NCBI GenBank assembly: GCA_046290465.1
Contig: JBKAGP010000001.1
Location: 5,920,001-5,984,000, forward strand
DNA: 64,000 bases
Source: Planctomycetota bacterium
GTDB lineage: Bacteria; Planctomycetota; UBA1135; UBA2386
Reading direction: 5' to 3'
Shown here: positions 1 through 9,663 of the stretch, one piece after another
Position numbering within the stretch: position 1 is the first letter of the stretch
Layout: every line of letters begins with the position of its first letter
Notes under the pieces: generated by a model
What the model saw: the letters and a program-made list of their open reading frames with translations, nothing else
The model's database searches: none
Told to the model about the DNA's origin: nothing
Program-made: the position numbers and the translations under genes

Positions 1-1545
1 CAGTCCGGTGAAGGTCTGGCCGTAGAGGTCGGTGAACTGGTAGTCGCCGCCGACCAGCAGTCTGCCTGCTGCGTCTTCGCCGAACGCGAGCACCTTGCCG
101 GCGACCACGGCGATCAGTTGGTAGGCGGGCGTCAGCGTGTCGCGGTAGAACACGAACGTCGCCCCGGTCGCGGCCTGCAGCGCGATGGCGTGGGCGCCGC
201 TGTCGAGCGCATGGCCGACGGCGCCGGTGATGGTCGTGCCGAGGTTGACGGCTGCCGGAATCCAGCTGCCGTCGCGGTAGCGTGCCGCGTGCGGCGAGAC
301 CACCGAGGCGAGGCTGCGGAAGTCGCCGGCCACCAGCAGGTCCCCGTCGCCGAGCGCCGCCGCGGCGAACACGGCGCCGTCGGTGCCCGGCCCGAGCGCG
401 CGCCACTGCAGGCCGTTCCACCGCGCGATGCCGCGCAGCGGCGCGCCGGCGACCGCCTCGGAGGTGCCGCGCAGCAGCGCGCCGGAGGGCAGTTCGTAGA
501 GGCTCGACGCGTAGCTCGGGGCGTTGGCGAGGCCGATCGGCAGCCAGTTGCCGCCGCTGCTGCGCACGGCTGGGGTGTACAGCAGGCCCGAGGGGCGCAG
601 GTCCCCGCCGACGAGCAGTTCGCCGGAAGCCGCCTCGATCACGCAACGCTTGCTGCCGAACGGCAGGTTCGGTGCGGCGGTCCAGGTGCTGCCGTCGAAG
701 CGGGCGAACCCCGCGGCCGGCACGCCGTCGATGCTGGTGAAGTTGCCGACGACGATCAGGTCGCCGTTGGACGCGAGCAACAGCTGCTCGCCGATGCCGA
801 TCGGCAGGATGTTGTTGGCGGCCATGCCGCTGCCGTAGGGCTGCCAGCCCGAGCCGTCCCAGCGCGCGATGCTGCCGACCGGCTGGCCGGCCGCCAGCGC
901 GAAGAAGCCGGTCGCGACGACGTCGCCGTTGGGCAGCACGACCAGGTCGTTGACGTATTCCTCGAGCGAGGTCACCAGGTTGCCGATCGAGCTCCACTGG
1001 TTGTTGGCGAAGCGCAGCACCGAGGTCCCGACGACGCCGCCGGCGAGCGTCTCGCGGAACTCGCCGCCGACCAGCACGTCGCCGTTGGGGCGCACGGCGA
1101 CCGCGTGCACGCGGCCCTGTGGATCGGTGATGCCGTTGCCGAGCGCCGACCAGGTGGTGCCGTCGAAGCGCGCGACGTCGTTGGCGGCGATCCCGCCGAT
1201 CTCGGTGAAGTCGCCGCCGACGATCAGGTCGCCGTTCGGCGTCACGGCCGCGTCGCGAACAATGCCGTCGCAGCGGCCGATGCTCGAGAACGTCTCGGTG
1301 GCGGGATCGAGCAGGGCGAGTCCGCCGCCGACGTTGGCAAGGTTGCGAAACGCTCCGCAGACGACCACGTGCACGCCGAGCGGGCCGGGGCCGTCGGGGT
1401 CCCATTCGACGAACGAACGGACCTCGCCGTCGGCACCCGCGAACGGGCCGTCCGAAGCGGGCAGGACGTCGCACTGGCCGACGGCGATCGTGACCAGCGA
1501 CAAGGGAGCGAGCGCAGCTCGCAGCAGAGGGCGGATCGGTTGCAT
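1..1545 (-). CDS. Secreted beta-propeller repeat protein (GDLxVGGxF...RWDG repeats), 3' end runs off the window; paralogue of 2887..5424
   Basis: Hand translation from ATG at 1545 with AAGGAG RBS upstream: MQPIRPLLRAALAPLSLVTIAVGQC...EWDPDGPGP...NGDLIVGGDFTEIGGIAANDVARFDGTTWSALG. Missing from the ORF track because it is truncated. Confidence 0.85.
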   Translation of the reverse strand, partial: MQPIRPLLRAALAPLSLVTIAVGQCDVLPASDGPFAGADGEVRSFVEWDPDGPGPLGVHVVVCGAFRNLANVGGGLALLDPATETFSSIGRCDGIVRDAAVTPNGDLIVGGDFTEIGGIAANDVARFDGTTWSALGNGITDPQGRVHAVAVRPNGDVLVGGEFRETLAGGVVGTSVLRFANNQWSSIGNLVTSLEEYVNDLVVLPNGDVVATGFFALAAGQPVGSIARWDGSGWQPYGSGMAANNILPIGIGEQLLLASNGDLIVVGNFTSIDGVPAAGFARFDGSTWTAAPNLPFGSKRCVIEAASGELLVGGDLRPSGLLYTPAVRSSGGNWLPIGLANAPSYASSLYELPSGALLRGTSEAVAGAPLRGIARWNGLQWRALGPGTDGAVFAAAALGDGDLLVAGDFRSLASVVSPHAARYRDGSWIPAAVNLGTTITGAVGHALDSGAHAIALQAATGATFVFYRDTLTPAYQLIAVVAGKVLAFGEDAAGRLLVGGDYQFTDLYGQTFTGL

Positions 1546-1665
1546 GCGTGGGGTCTCCTTCGGATTCGCCCCGGGATAGTAGCCGCGCCGTCGTCGGTCA
1601 TCGCGCGGGCGGAACCGCTCACTCGACGTGCGGTGAGCAGAACCGCTCTGCGCATCGTCGTCGCA

Positions 1666-1861
1666 CTGATCACTTGGTTGTTGGTCCCGGCGCGGCCGAC
1701 GCGAAGCCTGGCGCAGCGGCGGCCGGAGGCCCTGCACGGGCCGCCGCGAGGGCCGCTGCGGCGCGATCCGGCCGATCTGGCCGCACAATCCGCGGATTCC
1801 CGGCCCACATTCCGCTACACCGATCCACGGCCGCGCGCGGCACCAACAACCAGGTGGTCAG
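1666..1861 (+). mobile_element. MITE-like element, copy 1, with 20-bp terminal inverted repeats
   Basis: Starts CTGATCACTTGGTTGTTGGT and ends ACCAACAACCAGGTGGTCAG; about 95% identical to the reverse complement of 41296..41490; no transposase ORF. Confidence 0.8.
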
Positions 1862-1898
1862 TTGACGGCGTCTGTCGCCAGCCCCGCGCCGGCGCGTT

Positions 1899-1926
1899 CC
1901 CCGGACGATCAGCCCCGGACGATCAG
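1899..1926. repeat. 14-bp tandem duplication (CCCCGGACGATCAG x2) covering the FAH gene stop codon
   Basis: Read directly from the sequence. Confidence 0.85.
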
Positions 1927-2822
1927 CCCTCGGCTGCGGCGACCGGGTTGCGCAGCACGCCGAGGCCGTCGATCTCGACCTCGCAGACGTCGCCGGCCTT
2001 CAGGTAGACGGGCGGCTTGCGCGCGAACCCGACCCCCGGCGGCGTGCCGGTCGCGATGACGTCTCCCGGCTCCAGCGTGAACCACTGCGACAGGTCCTCG
2101 ATCAGCTCCGGGATCCCGAACACCAGCTGGTCGGTGTTCGAGTCCTGCAGCGTCTCGCCGTTGAGGCGCAGGCGGATGCCGAGCCGGTGCGGGTCCGGAA
2201 TCTCGTCGGTCGTCGCGACGAACTCGCCGAACGGCGCAAACGTGTCGCACGCCTTGCCACGCGTCCACTGGCCGTCGGCGAACTGGAAGTCGCGCGCCGA
2301 CACGTCGTGGAAGTTGCAGTAGCCGAGCACGTGGTCCATCGCGTCCGCGCGGCTCACCCGGCACGCGCGGCGGCCGACGACGACGCCGAGTTCGGCCTCG
2401 AAGTCGGTCTCGGTGCTGCCCTTCGGGATCACGATCGTGCCGCCGGGCGCGAGCACGCAGCTCGGGAACTTGCTGAAGATCAGCGGCCGGGTGGGCAGCT
2501 CGGCGCCCTGCTCCTCGGCGTGGTCCTTGTAGTTGAGGCCGATGCAGAAGATCTTGCCCGGCTTCGGCACCGGCGCGTGCAGTTCGACCGCGTCGCGCGC
2601 GAGCACCGCCTGGCCGCGCACGGCGTCGACCTTGCCGCCATCGGCGACCAGCGCGCGGGCCGCCGCCTGGAACGGGTGCGCCAGGTCGCACGCGTCGAGC
2701 GCGTGGCCGAGCGCGGGCAGGCCGCAGGCGTCGTGGGTCAGGTCCAGCACGCTGCCGTCGTCGAGCAGCGCGCCGGGGCGCGGGGTGGGGGAGGTCGAGG
2801 TCGAGAAGGCGACGAGTTTCAC
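1923..2822 (-). CDS. Fumarylacetoacetate hydrolase (FAH) family protein
   Basis: KIFCIGLNYKDH, DFEAELGVV, HDVSARD, WTRGK and GDVIATGTPPGVG motifs; GTG start at 2822 with AGGAG upstream. Confidence 0.92.
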   Translation of the reverse strand: MKLVAFSTSTSPTPRPGALLDDGSVLDLTHDACGLPALGHALDACDLAHPFQAAARALVADGGKVDAVRGQAVLARDAVELHAPVPKPGKIFCIGLNYKDHAEEQGAELPTRPLIFSKFPSCVLAPGGTIVIPKGSTETDFEAELGVVVGRRACRVSRADAMDHVLGYCNFHDVSARDFQFADGQWTRGKACDTFAPFGEFVATTDEIPDPHRLGIRLRLNGETLQDSNTDQLVFGIPELIEDLSQWFTLEPGDVIATGTPPGVGFARKPPVYLKAGDVCEVEIDGLGVLRNPVAAAEG

Positions 2823-2886
2823 GCGGAGGGCTCCTATTGGGAGCGACAGCGGAACCGTTCGGCCTGCTCGCCGCAACCTTGGAACG

Positions 2887-5424
2887 CTACCAGAGCGATC
2901 CGACCAGCAGACCCATGCGCGGCGACGTGCGCACCGACAGCGCGCCGAGTGCCGAGAAGTCGAGGCCGATGGTCTGGTGGTAGATGGTCACGCCGACGGC
3001 GGCGGCCAGGTCGGGCACGTCTGGCGAGAACGGCGCCACGGCCTGCTGCGGCGTCGCCAGCATCAGCACGTCGGGCTGCAGCTCCAGGTAGCAGGATCCG
3101 GGCAGGCCGGCCTGGGCCAGCGGCAGCAGCGCCGTCTGCGTGCCGAACACGCCGACCGCCAGCGACGTGCCCAGGAACGGCGCGACCTCGAGTTCGATCG
3201 CGGCGCCGCGCCACGCGTCGGCCCGCACTTCGACCTGCAGCGGCAGCGAACTGCCGCACGCAAACGTCTGCTGGTCGCTCCGCGTCGGGCAGGTCGGCGT
3301 CAGCACGGTGACGCCGGCGGTCGGCCACTGCGGCACGTTGAGGAAGTCGCCGCACACCGCGACCTCGCCGTCGGGCGCGACGTCGAGGCGGCGGACCGGG
3401 CCGTCGATGCCGACACCGGCGTCGTGCCAGGCACCGTCCCATCGGGCCAGGTGGCTGGCCGGAACGCCGCCGGCGCTCTGGAAGCTGCCGCCGACCAGCA
3501 GTTCGCCGGTCGGCAATTCGACGACGGTCCGCGCATCCCCGGACGGGAAGCCGCTGCCGAACGTCTGCCAGCCCTGGCCGTCCCAGGCGGCGATGCCGTT
3601 CGCGGGCACGCCGCCGGCGAATTGGAACGGGCCGACCGCGACGAAGCCGCCGGCGCGGCGCGGCTCGAGGTCCTGTGGCGGCGCGTCGACGCCGCCCTGC
3701 AGCGCGTCCCAGCCGCTGCCGTGAAAGACGGCGAGGTTGCCGAGCGCGGTGCCGGCGGACGCGAGGTTCTCGCCACCGACCACCAGGTCGCCGTTGGCCA
3801 GCACGCACAGCGCGGTGACGCGGCCGGTCAGCAGCGGGTCGACCGGCCACCAGGCGCCGGTGGCGTTGCTGCGGCGTGCCAGCGGCGTCGGCGCCGGGAA
3901 CGACGACGTGACCTCGGCCGCGCCGGCCAGCAGTTCGCCGTTCTGGTCGATCGCCAGGACCGCGTCGCCGTAGCCCGGGTCGGCCGAGCCGACCTGCGTG
4001 GTCACGCCGCCCTGCTCGCGGAAGATGCGATCGTCGCCGGCGATGCGCGCGGTGACGAACAGCGTGCCGTCGCCGCGGCGCACGAGGCGGCGGAAGTCGC
4101 GCACGACCGTCGGCTGCGAAGCGGAGAACAGGCCGAACTGCGTGTCGATGCGACCGAGGCCGCTGGCGGGGTGGCCGCCGAACGTCACGAAGCTGCCGGC
4201 GACGTAGTGCTGGCCTCCCGGCCCGGCCGCGACGTCGCGCACGATGCCGTCGGTGCCGCTGACCAGCGGCCCCCAGCTGCCCTGCCACGAGCGCGACAGG
4301 TTGCCGGTGCCCACGCGCGGGCTCGTGCTGTCGGGGGTGAGCCAGCGGAACCGGCCGCCGAGCAGGAAGTCGCCGCTCGGCAGCTGGGCCACCTCGGTCG
4401 CCGCGTGCTCGAGCTCGGCCGTGCCGAAGCCGGACCAGCTCGCGCCGTCCCAGATGGCGATCGGGGTCGGCGACGCGTTCGGCAGCGAGAACTGGCCGGT
4501 GACGGCGAGGTCGCCGTTGGCCAGCAGCGTGGCGCCGCGCGCGATCGACGGCAGCCCCGGCAGCGCGTTCCAGCCGGTGCCGTCCCAGCGCGCGGCCCAG
4601 CTCGCGCTGACGCCGCCGATGGTCGCGAACGGACCGACCACGTAGACGTCGCCGGTCGGGTGCAGCATCGCATCGTAGAGGACCGTGAAGCCGGTGGCGG
4701 CCGCGCCGAGCGGCGACCAGCTGCTGCCGTCCCACCGCGCGATGCCGGACGTGACCAGGCCGCCGATGCTCGCGAACGTGCCGGCCGCCAGCAGGTCGCC
4801 GTTGCCGTCGATCAGCACCCGCGCGACGGTGCCGGGCTGGTAGAAGATCTCGACGTCGCCGAGCGACTGCCAGGCGCCGTTGCTGCGTTCGGCGATCGAC
4901 CATGCCGGCACGCCGCCGATCGTGCCGAAGTGGCCGCCGACGACCAGGTCGCCGTTGGCGCGCGCGACGATCGAGTAGATCGCGGCGGGGCCGAGGGTCG
5001 GGACCGTCAGCGTGGCGCCGAGCGACGACCAGGTGCTGCCGTCGAAGCGGGCCAGCGGACCGGTGGCGACGCCGCCGATCGACGTGAACGAGCCGCCGAC
5101 CAGCAGGTCGCCGTTGCCGTCGGTCGCAAAGCAGTGCACCGCGCCGTTGCAGTCGGCGAACGGCTGCAGGCCGGTCGCCTCGTCGTAGACGGCGACGCTG
5201 GTGCGCACCGCACCGACCTCCCAGAACGCGCCGGCCAGCAGCTGCCGTTCGGGCTGGGGGCCGGGGCCGTCCGGGTCCCACCGGCCGAAGGCGTGCACCG
5301 GGCCGTTGGCGCCGGCGCGCGGGCCGGTCGGGAACGGCACCGGCTGGCACTGCGCGGCGAGCGAAGCCGCACAGCAGGCCAGGACCAGCAACAGCGGGGA
5401 CAGCGGGGGGCGGGCCGGCATCAT
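2887..5424 (-). CDS. Secreted beta-propeller repeat protein, 845 aa
   Basis: Signal peptide, WDPDGPGP motif, many GDLxVGGxF...IARWDGxxWxxLG repeats and a non-repeat C-terminal domain. Confidence 0.85.
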   Translation of the reverse strand: MMPARPPLSPLLLVLACCAASLAAQCQPVPFPTGPRAGANGPVHAFGRWDPDGPGPQPERQLLAGAFWEVGAVRTSVAVYDEATGLQPFADCNGAVHCFATDGNGDLLVGGSFTSIGGVATGPLARFDGSTWSSLGATLTVPTLGPAAIYSIVARANGDLVVGGHFGTIGGVPAWSIAERSNGAWQSLGDVEIFYQPGTVARVLIDGNGDLLAAGTFASIGGLVTSGIARWDGSSWSPLGAAATGFTVLYDAMLHPTGDVYVVGPFATIGGVSASWAARWDGTGWNALPGLPSIARGATLLANGDLAVTGQFSLPNASPTPIAIWDGASWSGFGTAELEHAATEVAQLPSGDFLLGGRFRWLTPDSTSPRVGTGNLSRSWQGSWGPLVSGTDGIVRDVAAGPGGQHYVAGSFVTFGGHPASGLGRIDTQFGLFSASQPTVVRDFRRLVRRGDGTLFVTARIAGDDRIFREQGGVTTQVGSADPGYGDAVLAIDQNGELLAGAAEVTSSFPAPTPLARRSNATGAWWPVDPLLTGRVTALCVLANGDLVVGGENLASAGTALGNLAVFHGSGWDALQGGVDAPPQDLEPRRAGGFVAVGPFQFAGGVPANGIAAWDGQGWQTFGSGFPSGDARTVVELPTGELLVGGSFQSAGGVPASHLARWDGAWHDAGVGIDGPVRRLDVAPDGEVAVCGDFLNVPQWPTAGVTVLTPTCPTRSDQQTFACGSSLPLQVEVRADAWRGAAIELEVAPFLGTSLAVGVFGTQTALLPLAQAGLPGSCYLELQPDVLMLATPQQAVAPFSPDVPDLAAAVGVTIYHQTIGLDFSALGALSVRTSPRMGLLVGSLW

Positions 5425-5496
5425 GGTGCCGAACGGTACGCCGCCGGACCGTCGCGGTAACCGCTTTCGCCCGTCACAGGGCGCGCATCCGCACGG

Positions 5497-6048
5497 CTAC
5501 AGGGTCGCCTGCAGCCGCCACTTCGGCGGCCGGCCGATCATCCCCTGCACGTTCTCTTCGAGCGCGACCTTCTTGTCGGTCTTCGGCAGCACGAACATGC
5601 CGAACGGCGTGCTCGGCGGCTTCGCCTTGGCGTTGGCGGGGTCGATGACGGTGGTCTGGTAGCTGTTGGCGTGGTAGCGCAGCGTCCACCGGTCGCCGTC
5701 GAGCACCTGCTCGACCCGGTAGCCGGCGGTGTTGCCGCACTTGCCGCCGAACACCGCGACGACCATGCACCGTTCGAAGTCGACGATCGGGACCTGCTGC
5801 TGGTTGTAGTACCAACCGTAGCCGCGCTTTTGCGCCTGCTGGCCGGTGTGTTCGCACCACAGCGTCGCCCAGGTCTCGGCGTCGGTCACCCGCAGGTAGC
5901 GGGTCTCGTCGACCTTGCTGAACTCGCCGCGGAACGTCACCAGCGGCTTGGGCAGCTGCCTGGGGTCCTGCGGCTCTTGCACGAACGCCACCGCGCTCAG
6001 CGCGAGCGCGGCGACGATGAGGACGGCCACCTTCTTCGGGTTCATCAT
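5497..6048 (-). CDS. Exported protein with a PrcB C-terminal-like domain
   Basis: Signal peptide; VDFERCMVVAVFGGKCGNTAGYRV resembles the PrcB_C pattern. Confidence 0.6.
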   Translation of the reverse strand: MMNPKKVAVLIVAALALSAVAFVQEPQDPRQLPKPLVTFRGEFSKVDETRYLRVTDAETWATLWCEHTGQQAQKRGYGWYYNQQQVPIVDFERCMVVAVFGGKCGNTAGYRVEQVLDGDRWTLRYHANSYQTTVIDPANAKAKPPSTPFGMFVLPKTDKKVALEENVQGMIGRPPKWRLQATL

Positions 6049-6149
6049 GGAAGCCTAGACGATTCCGGCACCGGCTGGCTTCGTCAGTGAACTGTCAGCG
6101 CCGGAACCCCGGTGATCGGCGCGCCCTGCCCGGGTAGAACGCGGCCGTC

Positions 6150-7394
6150 GTGCTGTTCCGTTTCTGCCTCTACGGGTTCCTCAAGAACCTGCGCCTGTTC
6201 GACGCCTTCCTGCTGCTGGCGCTGCGCGACCGTGGCCTCGACTTCGCCGCGATCGGCGCCCTGGTGTCGGTGCGCGAGGTCTCGGTGCTGCTGCTCGAGG
6301 TGCCGTCCGGCGCGCTCGCGGACACGGTCGGCCGGCGCCGCTGCATGGTGCTGAGCATGGCCAGCTACGTCGCGTTCAGCCTGCTGTTCTGGGGCGCGTC
6401 GTCGTTCGCGCTGCTCGCGCTCGGCATGGTCTGCTACGGCGTCGGCGACGCGTTCCGCAGCGGCACGCACAAGGCGATGATCCTGTCGTGGCTGCGCGCA
6501 CAGGATCGCCTCGACGACAAGACCGAGGTCTACGGCCGCACCCGTTCCTGGTCGCAGCTCGGCTCGGCCTGCTCGGCGGCGCTCGGCGGGGTGCTGCTGG
6601 TCGCCGGCGCCGACTACCGCGCGATGTTCCTCGCCTACGCCGTCATCGCCGCGATCAACCTGGTCAACCTCGCCACCTATCCGGCGGCGCTCGACGCGCG
6701 GCCCGACGACGACGAACCGCGCGGCGCGGTCGCCGCCACCTGGCGGCGCCTGCTCTCGACCGCGCGGCGGGTGTTCGCCGACCGCGCGCTGCGCCCGGTC
6801 GTCACCGCCGGGGTCGCGGTGCGCGGCGGCTACAAGGTCGCCAAGGACTACCTGCAGCCGGTGCTGCAGGCCCTGGTGGTGGCGCTGCCGGTCGGTGCCA
6901 CGTGGAGCACCGAGCAGCGAACGGGGCTGTTGGTCGGCCTGGTCGGCGCCGGCCTGTTCGTGCTGGCGAGCCAGGCCTCGCGCCGCGCGCACCTGTTCGA
7001 ACGGCGCTTCGCCGACGCCGACCGCGCCGCGCGCGCGCTGACGACGATCTTCGTGGTGCTGTTCGCGCTGCTCGCGGCGCTCGCCTGGCTCGACCAGCGT
7101 TGGGTGCTGGTCGCGATGTTCGTGCTGCTGGCGATCGGCAACAACCTGTGGCGGCCGGTGCAGGTGGGCCGGCTCGCCGACACCGGCGGCGACGAGGACC
7201 AGGCCACGGTGCTCAGCATCGAGGCGCAGCTCGGCGCGCTGTTTGCGGCGCTGCTGGCGCCGGCGGTCGGAGCGCTGGTCGACCTGCTCGCCGACGGCGC
7301 CTCGCCGGTGCCGGCGCTGGCGCTGGCGCCGCTCGGCCTGCTGGCGCTGCCGGTGCTGTTCGCGCGCGCGCGGCTGGCGGCGGCGCGTTCCTGA
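6150..7394 (+). CDS. MFS transporter
   Basis: EVPSGALADTVGRRR (MFS motif A) and many hydrophobic helices. Confidence 0.9.
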   Translation: MLFRFCLYGFLKNLRLFDAFLLLALRDRGLDFAAIGALVSVREVSVLLLEVPSGALADTVGRRRCMVLSMASYVAFSLLFWGASSFALLALGMVCYGVGDAFRSGTHKAMILSWLRAQDRLDDKTEVYGRTRSWSQLGSACSAALGGVLLVAGADYRAMFLAYAVIAAINLVNLATYPAALDARPDDDEPRGAVAATWRRLLSTARRVFADRALRPVVTAGVAVRGGYKVAKDYLQPVLQALVVALPVGATWSTEQRTGLLVGLVGAGLFVLASQASRRAHLFERRFADADRAARALTTIFVVLFALLAALAWLDQRWVLVAMFVLLAIGNNLWRPVQVGRLADTGGDEDQATVLSIEAQLGALFAALLAPAVGALVDLLADGASPVPALALAPLGLLALPVLFARARLAAARS

Positions 7395-7445
7395 CCGTCG
7401 CAGTCCACCGCGTGCCGACGGCCGCGATGGCCGAGGCCGCGCCGA

Positions 7446-8591
7446 TCAGCAGCCGAACGTCGCGACGCCCTTGATGTAGCCCTCGGTCGCGCTGTCGCCG
7501 GTGAACGCGTCGGGCACGTTCTCGAGCCCGGCGTAGCGGTGCGTCACCAGATCCCGCACGCGCACGTCGCCGCGCTCGAGCAGCTCGAGGCCCTGCCGGT
7601 AGATCGTCGGCTTGCCGTCGTCGTCGAAGCCGCCGCTGGCTCCGACCGTCGTGATCAGCACCGCCTCCTTCCACTGCAGCAGGGTCAGGTGTTCGAGCGG
7701 TGCGGTGCCGTGGCCGACGCCGTAGAGCAGCACGGTGGCCTGCTTGCGGATGATGTCGGCCGCCACTGGAAACACGTGGCCACAGCCGGTCGCCTCGACC
7801 AGCAGTTCGGCGCGGCGGCCGCGCGAGTGCTGCAGCACCGCCTGCTGCAGCTCTTCGGGCGCCACCGCGATGGCGCCGAGCCTGGCCGCCATCGCGCGCT
7901 TGTGCGCGCTCGGATCGCTGACCAGCACCGGCCCGTCGAACGCATACCTGCTGCGCAGCACCTGCACGAACAACAGCCCGGCGGGACCCGCGCCGAGGAT
8001 CACGACGGTGCGCACGCGCTCGCTCTCGGACGCGGCGGGGCCGAGTCGGTAGCGCGTGTTGGCGCGCACGCCGAAGTCGGTCGAGTGCAGCACGCAGCCG
8101 ATCGGTTCGGTCATCACCGCCTCGGCGAACGGCAGGTCGCTGCGGATCTCGATGCAGTTGATCGCCGGCGTGACCAGCTGCTCGGCGAAGCCGCCGGGCA
8201 GGCCGGTGATGCCGTGCTCCTCGAAGAACTCGCACTGGTGCGAGTGGCCGGTCGCGCAGTACTCGCAGCGCGGCTCGCGCCGTTCGCTGACGCAGTTGCG
8301 GCCCTGGTCGACGACCACGCGCGCGCCGACGCGCAGGTCGGTCACGGCCTTGCCGGTCTCGACGACGGTGCCGGTGATCTCGTGACCGAGGATCTGCGGC
8401 CACTCCTCGAACGGGATCTGGCTGCCGTCCTCACGGAAGCGGAAGTTCGATTCGCCCGCGAAGATGTGGAAGTCGGTGCCGCAGACGCCGACCGCGTTCG
8501 GCTCGATGCGCACGTCGAACGGACCGAGCTGCGGCGCCTCGACGTCGAGCAGCTCCAGGCGACGGGGGGCGGTGATCGCGCAGGCTCGCAT
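7446..8591 (-). CDS. Zn-dependent medium-chain alcohol/sugar dehydrogenase
   Basis: GVCGTD, GHE, structural-Zn Cys cluster and GAGPAG Rossmann motif. Confidence 0.9.
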   Translation of the reverse strand: MRACAITAPRRLELLDVEAPQLGPFDVRIEPNAVGVCGTDFHIFAGESNFRFREDGSQIPFEEWPQILGHEITGTVVETGKAVTDLRVGARVVVDQGRNCVSERREPRCEYCATGHSHQCEFFEEHGITGLPGGFAEQLVTPAINCIEIRSDLPFAEAVMTEPIGCVLHSTDFGVRANTRYRLGPAASESERVRTVVILGAGPAGLLFVQVLRSRYAFDGPVLVSDPSAHKRAMAARLGAIAVAPEELQQAVLQHSRGRRAELLVEATGCGHVFPVAADIIRKQATVLLYGVGHGTAPLEHLTLLQWKEAVLITTVGASGGFDDDGKPTIYRQGLELLERGDVRVRDLVTHRYAGLENVPDAFTGDSATEGYIKGVATFGC

Positions 8592-8623
8592 GCCGCGCAG
8601 TGTAGCGGCGGCGGCGATCGGGC

Positions 8624-9610
8624 CTAGGCCTCGGGCAGGTCGCGCGTGTCGAGCCGGCCCGCCGCGTGCAGTTCGCCGAAGCGTCGCAGCGTCTGGCCGA
8701 TGCCGTGCTCGAGCGACGTGTCGGGCAGGCCGGGAAAGTCGCGGTGGATGGCGCTGCCGTCGAGCTGGGACGGGATCGCGAGCTCCGGGCCGTCGACGCG
8801 CAGCGTGCCCTTGGCGGCCGGGTGCAGCCGTTCGATGGTCGCGACGATGTCGGCCACCGGCACGGTCGCGCCGTGCAGGTTGTAGACGTTGGCGCCGTCA
8901 CCGCTCGCCGGCGCGTCGTCGGCGCAGCGCACGAACGCCGCGGCGGTGTCGGCGACGTAGTGGAAGTCGGTCGCGCCGCTGAACGCGATCGTGTGGCAAC
9001 GGCCGAGCACCGCGGCCTTCATCGCGGTGGTGGGGCCCGAGGTCATGCCCTGGTCGCGGCCGACGCCGTAGACCGTCAGCGGCCGCAGGCCGACGCTCGG
9101 CAGCCCCTTGTCCTGCCAGTAGACCCGCGCGGTGCCCTCGTTGGCGCGCTTGTAGACGCCGTAGTGCGTGGTCGGCTGGCAGTCCGCCCGTTCGTCGGGC
9201 GCGGCCTCGCCGGGCTCCGGCGGCCCGAACACCGCCGCGCTGCTGGCGTAGACGACGCGGCCGACCTTGGCGAGGAGCGCCGCCTCGAAGCAGTGGATCG
9301 TGCCGAGCACGTTGACCTTGGCGCCGAGCACCGGGTCCGCCTTGCAGAACGGCACCTGCAGGCCGGCGAGGTGCACGATCGCCTTCGGCGCTGCTTCCTG
9401 CACCGCGCGCGTGACCACGTCGCCGTCGGTGATGTCGCCGGTGACGAACCGCACGCGCGCGAACGCGTCCTCGTCGAGGATGTCCTGGATCCGGCGCGGG
9501 TCGCCGCCGACGTCGAAGACGACCGGCGTGTCGCCGCGGTCGACGAGGTGCTTGACGACCCAGGCGCCGATGCAGCCGAGCGCGCCGGTGACGAAGTAGG
9601 TGTTGCTCAT
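8624..9610 (-). CDS. NAD-dependent epimerase/dehydratase (extended SDR)
   Basis: VTGALGCIG, YASSAAVFG and YGVYK motifs. Confidence 0.9.
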   Translation of the reverse strand: MSNTYFVTGALGCIGAWVVKHLVDRGDTPVVFDVGGDPRRIQDILDEDAFARVRFVTGDITDGDVVTRAVQEAAPKAIVHLAGLQVPFCKADPVLGAKVNVLGTIHCFEAALLAKVGRVVYASSAAVFGPPEPGEAAPDERADCQPTTHYGVYKRANEGTARVYWQDKGLPSVGLRPLTVYGVGRDQGMTSGPTTAMKAAVLGRCHTIAFSGATDFHYVADTAAAFVRCADDAPASGDGANVYNLHGATVPVADIVATIERLHPAAKGTLRVDGPELAIPSQLDGSAIHRDFPGLPDTSLEHGIGQTLRRFGELHAAGRLDTRDLPEA

Positions 9611-9663
9611 GATCGGGGTGGCGAGTTCTAGCACGAACGCGCCGCGAACGCCCGTCGGCTACC

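Noticed and set aside
118..2007. Long plus-strand ORF (629 aa) and similar giant ORFs (2533..5460, 10810..13596, 17154..20126, 52167..56624)
   Set aside because: Antisense or off-frame shadows of real genes in high-GC DNA; Arg/Ala-rich with no motifs.
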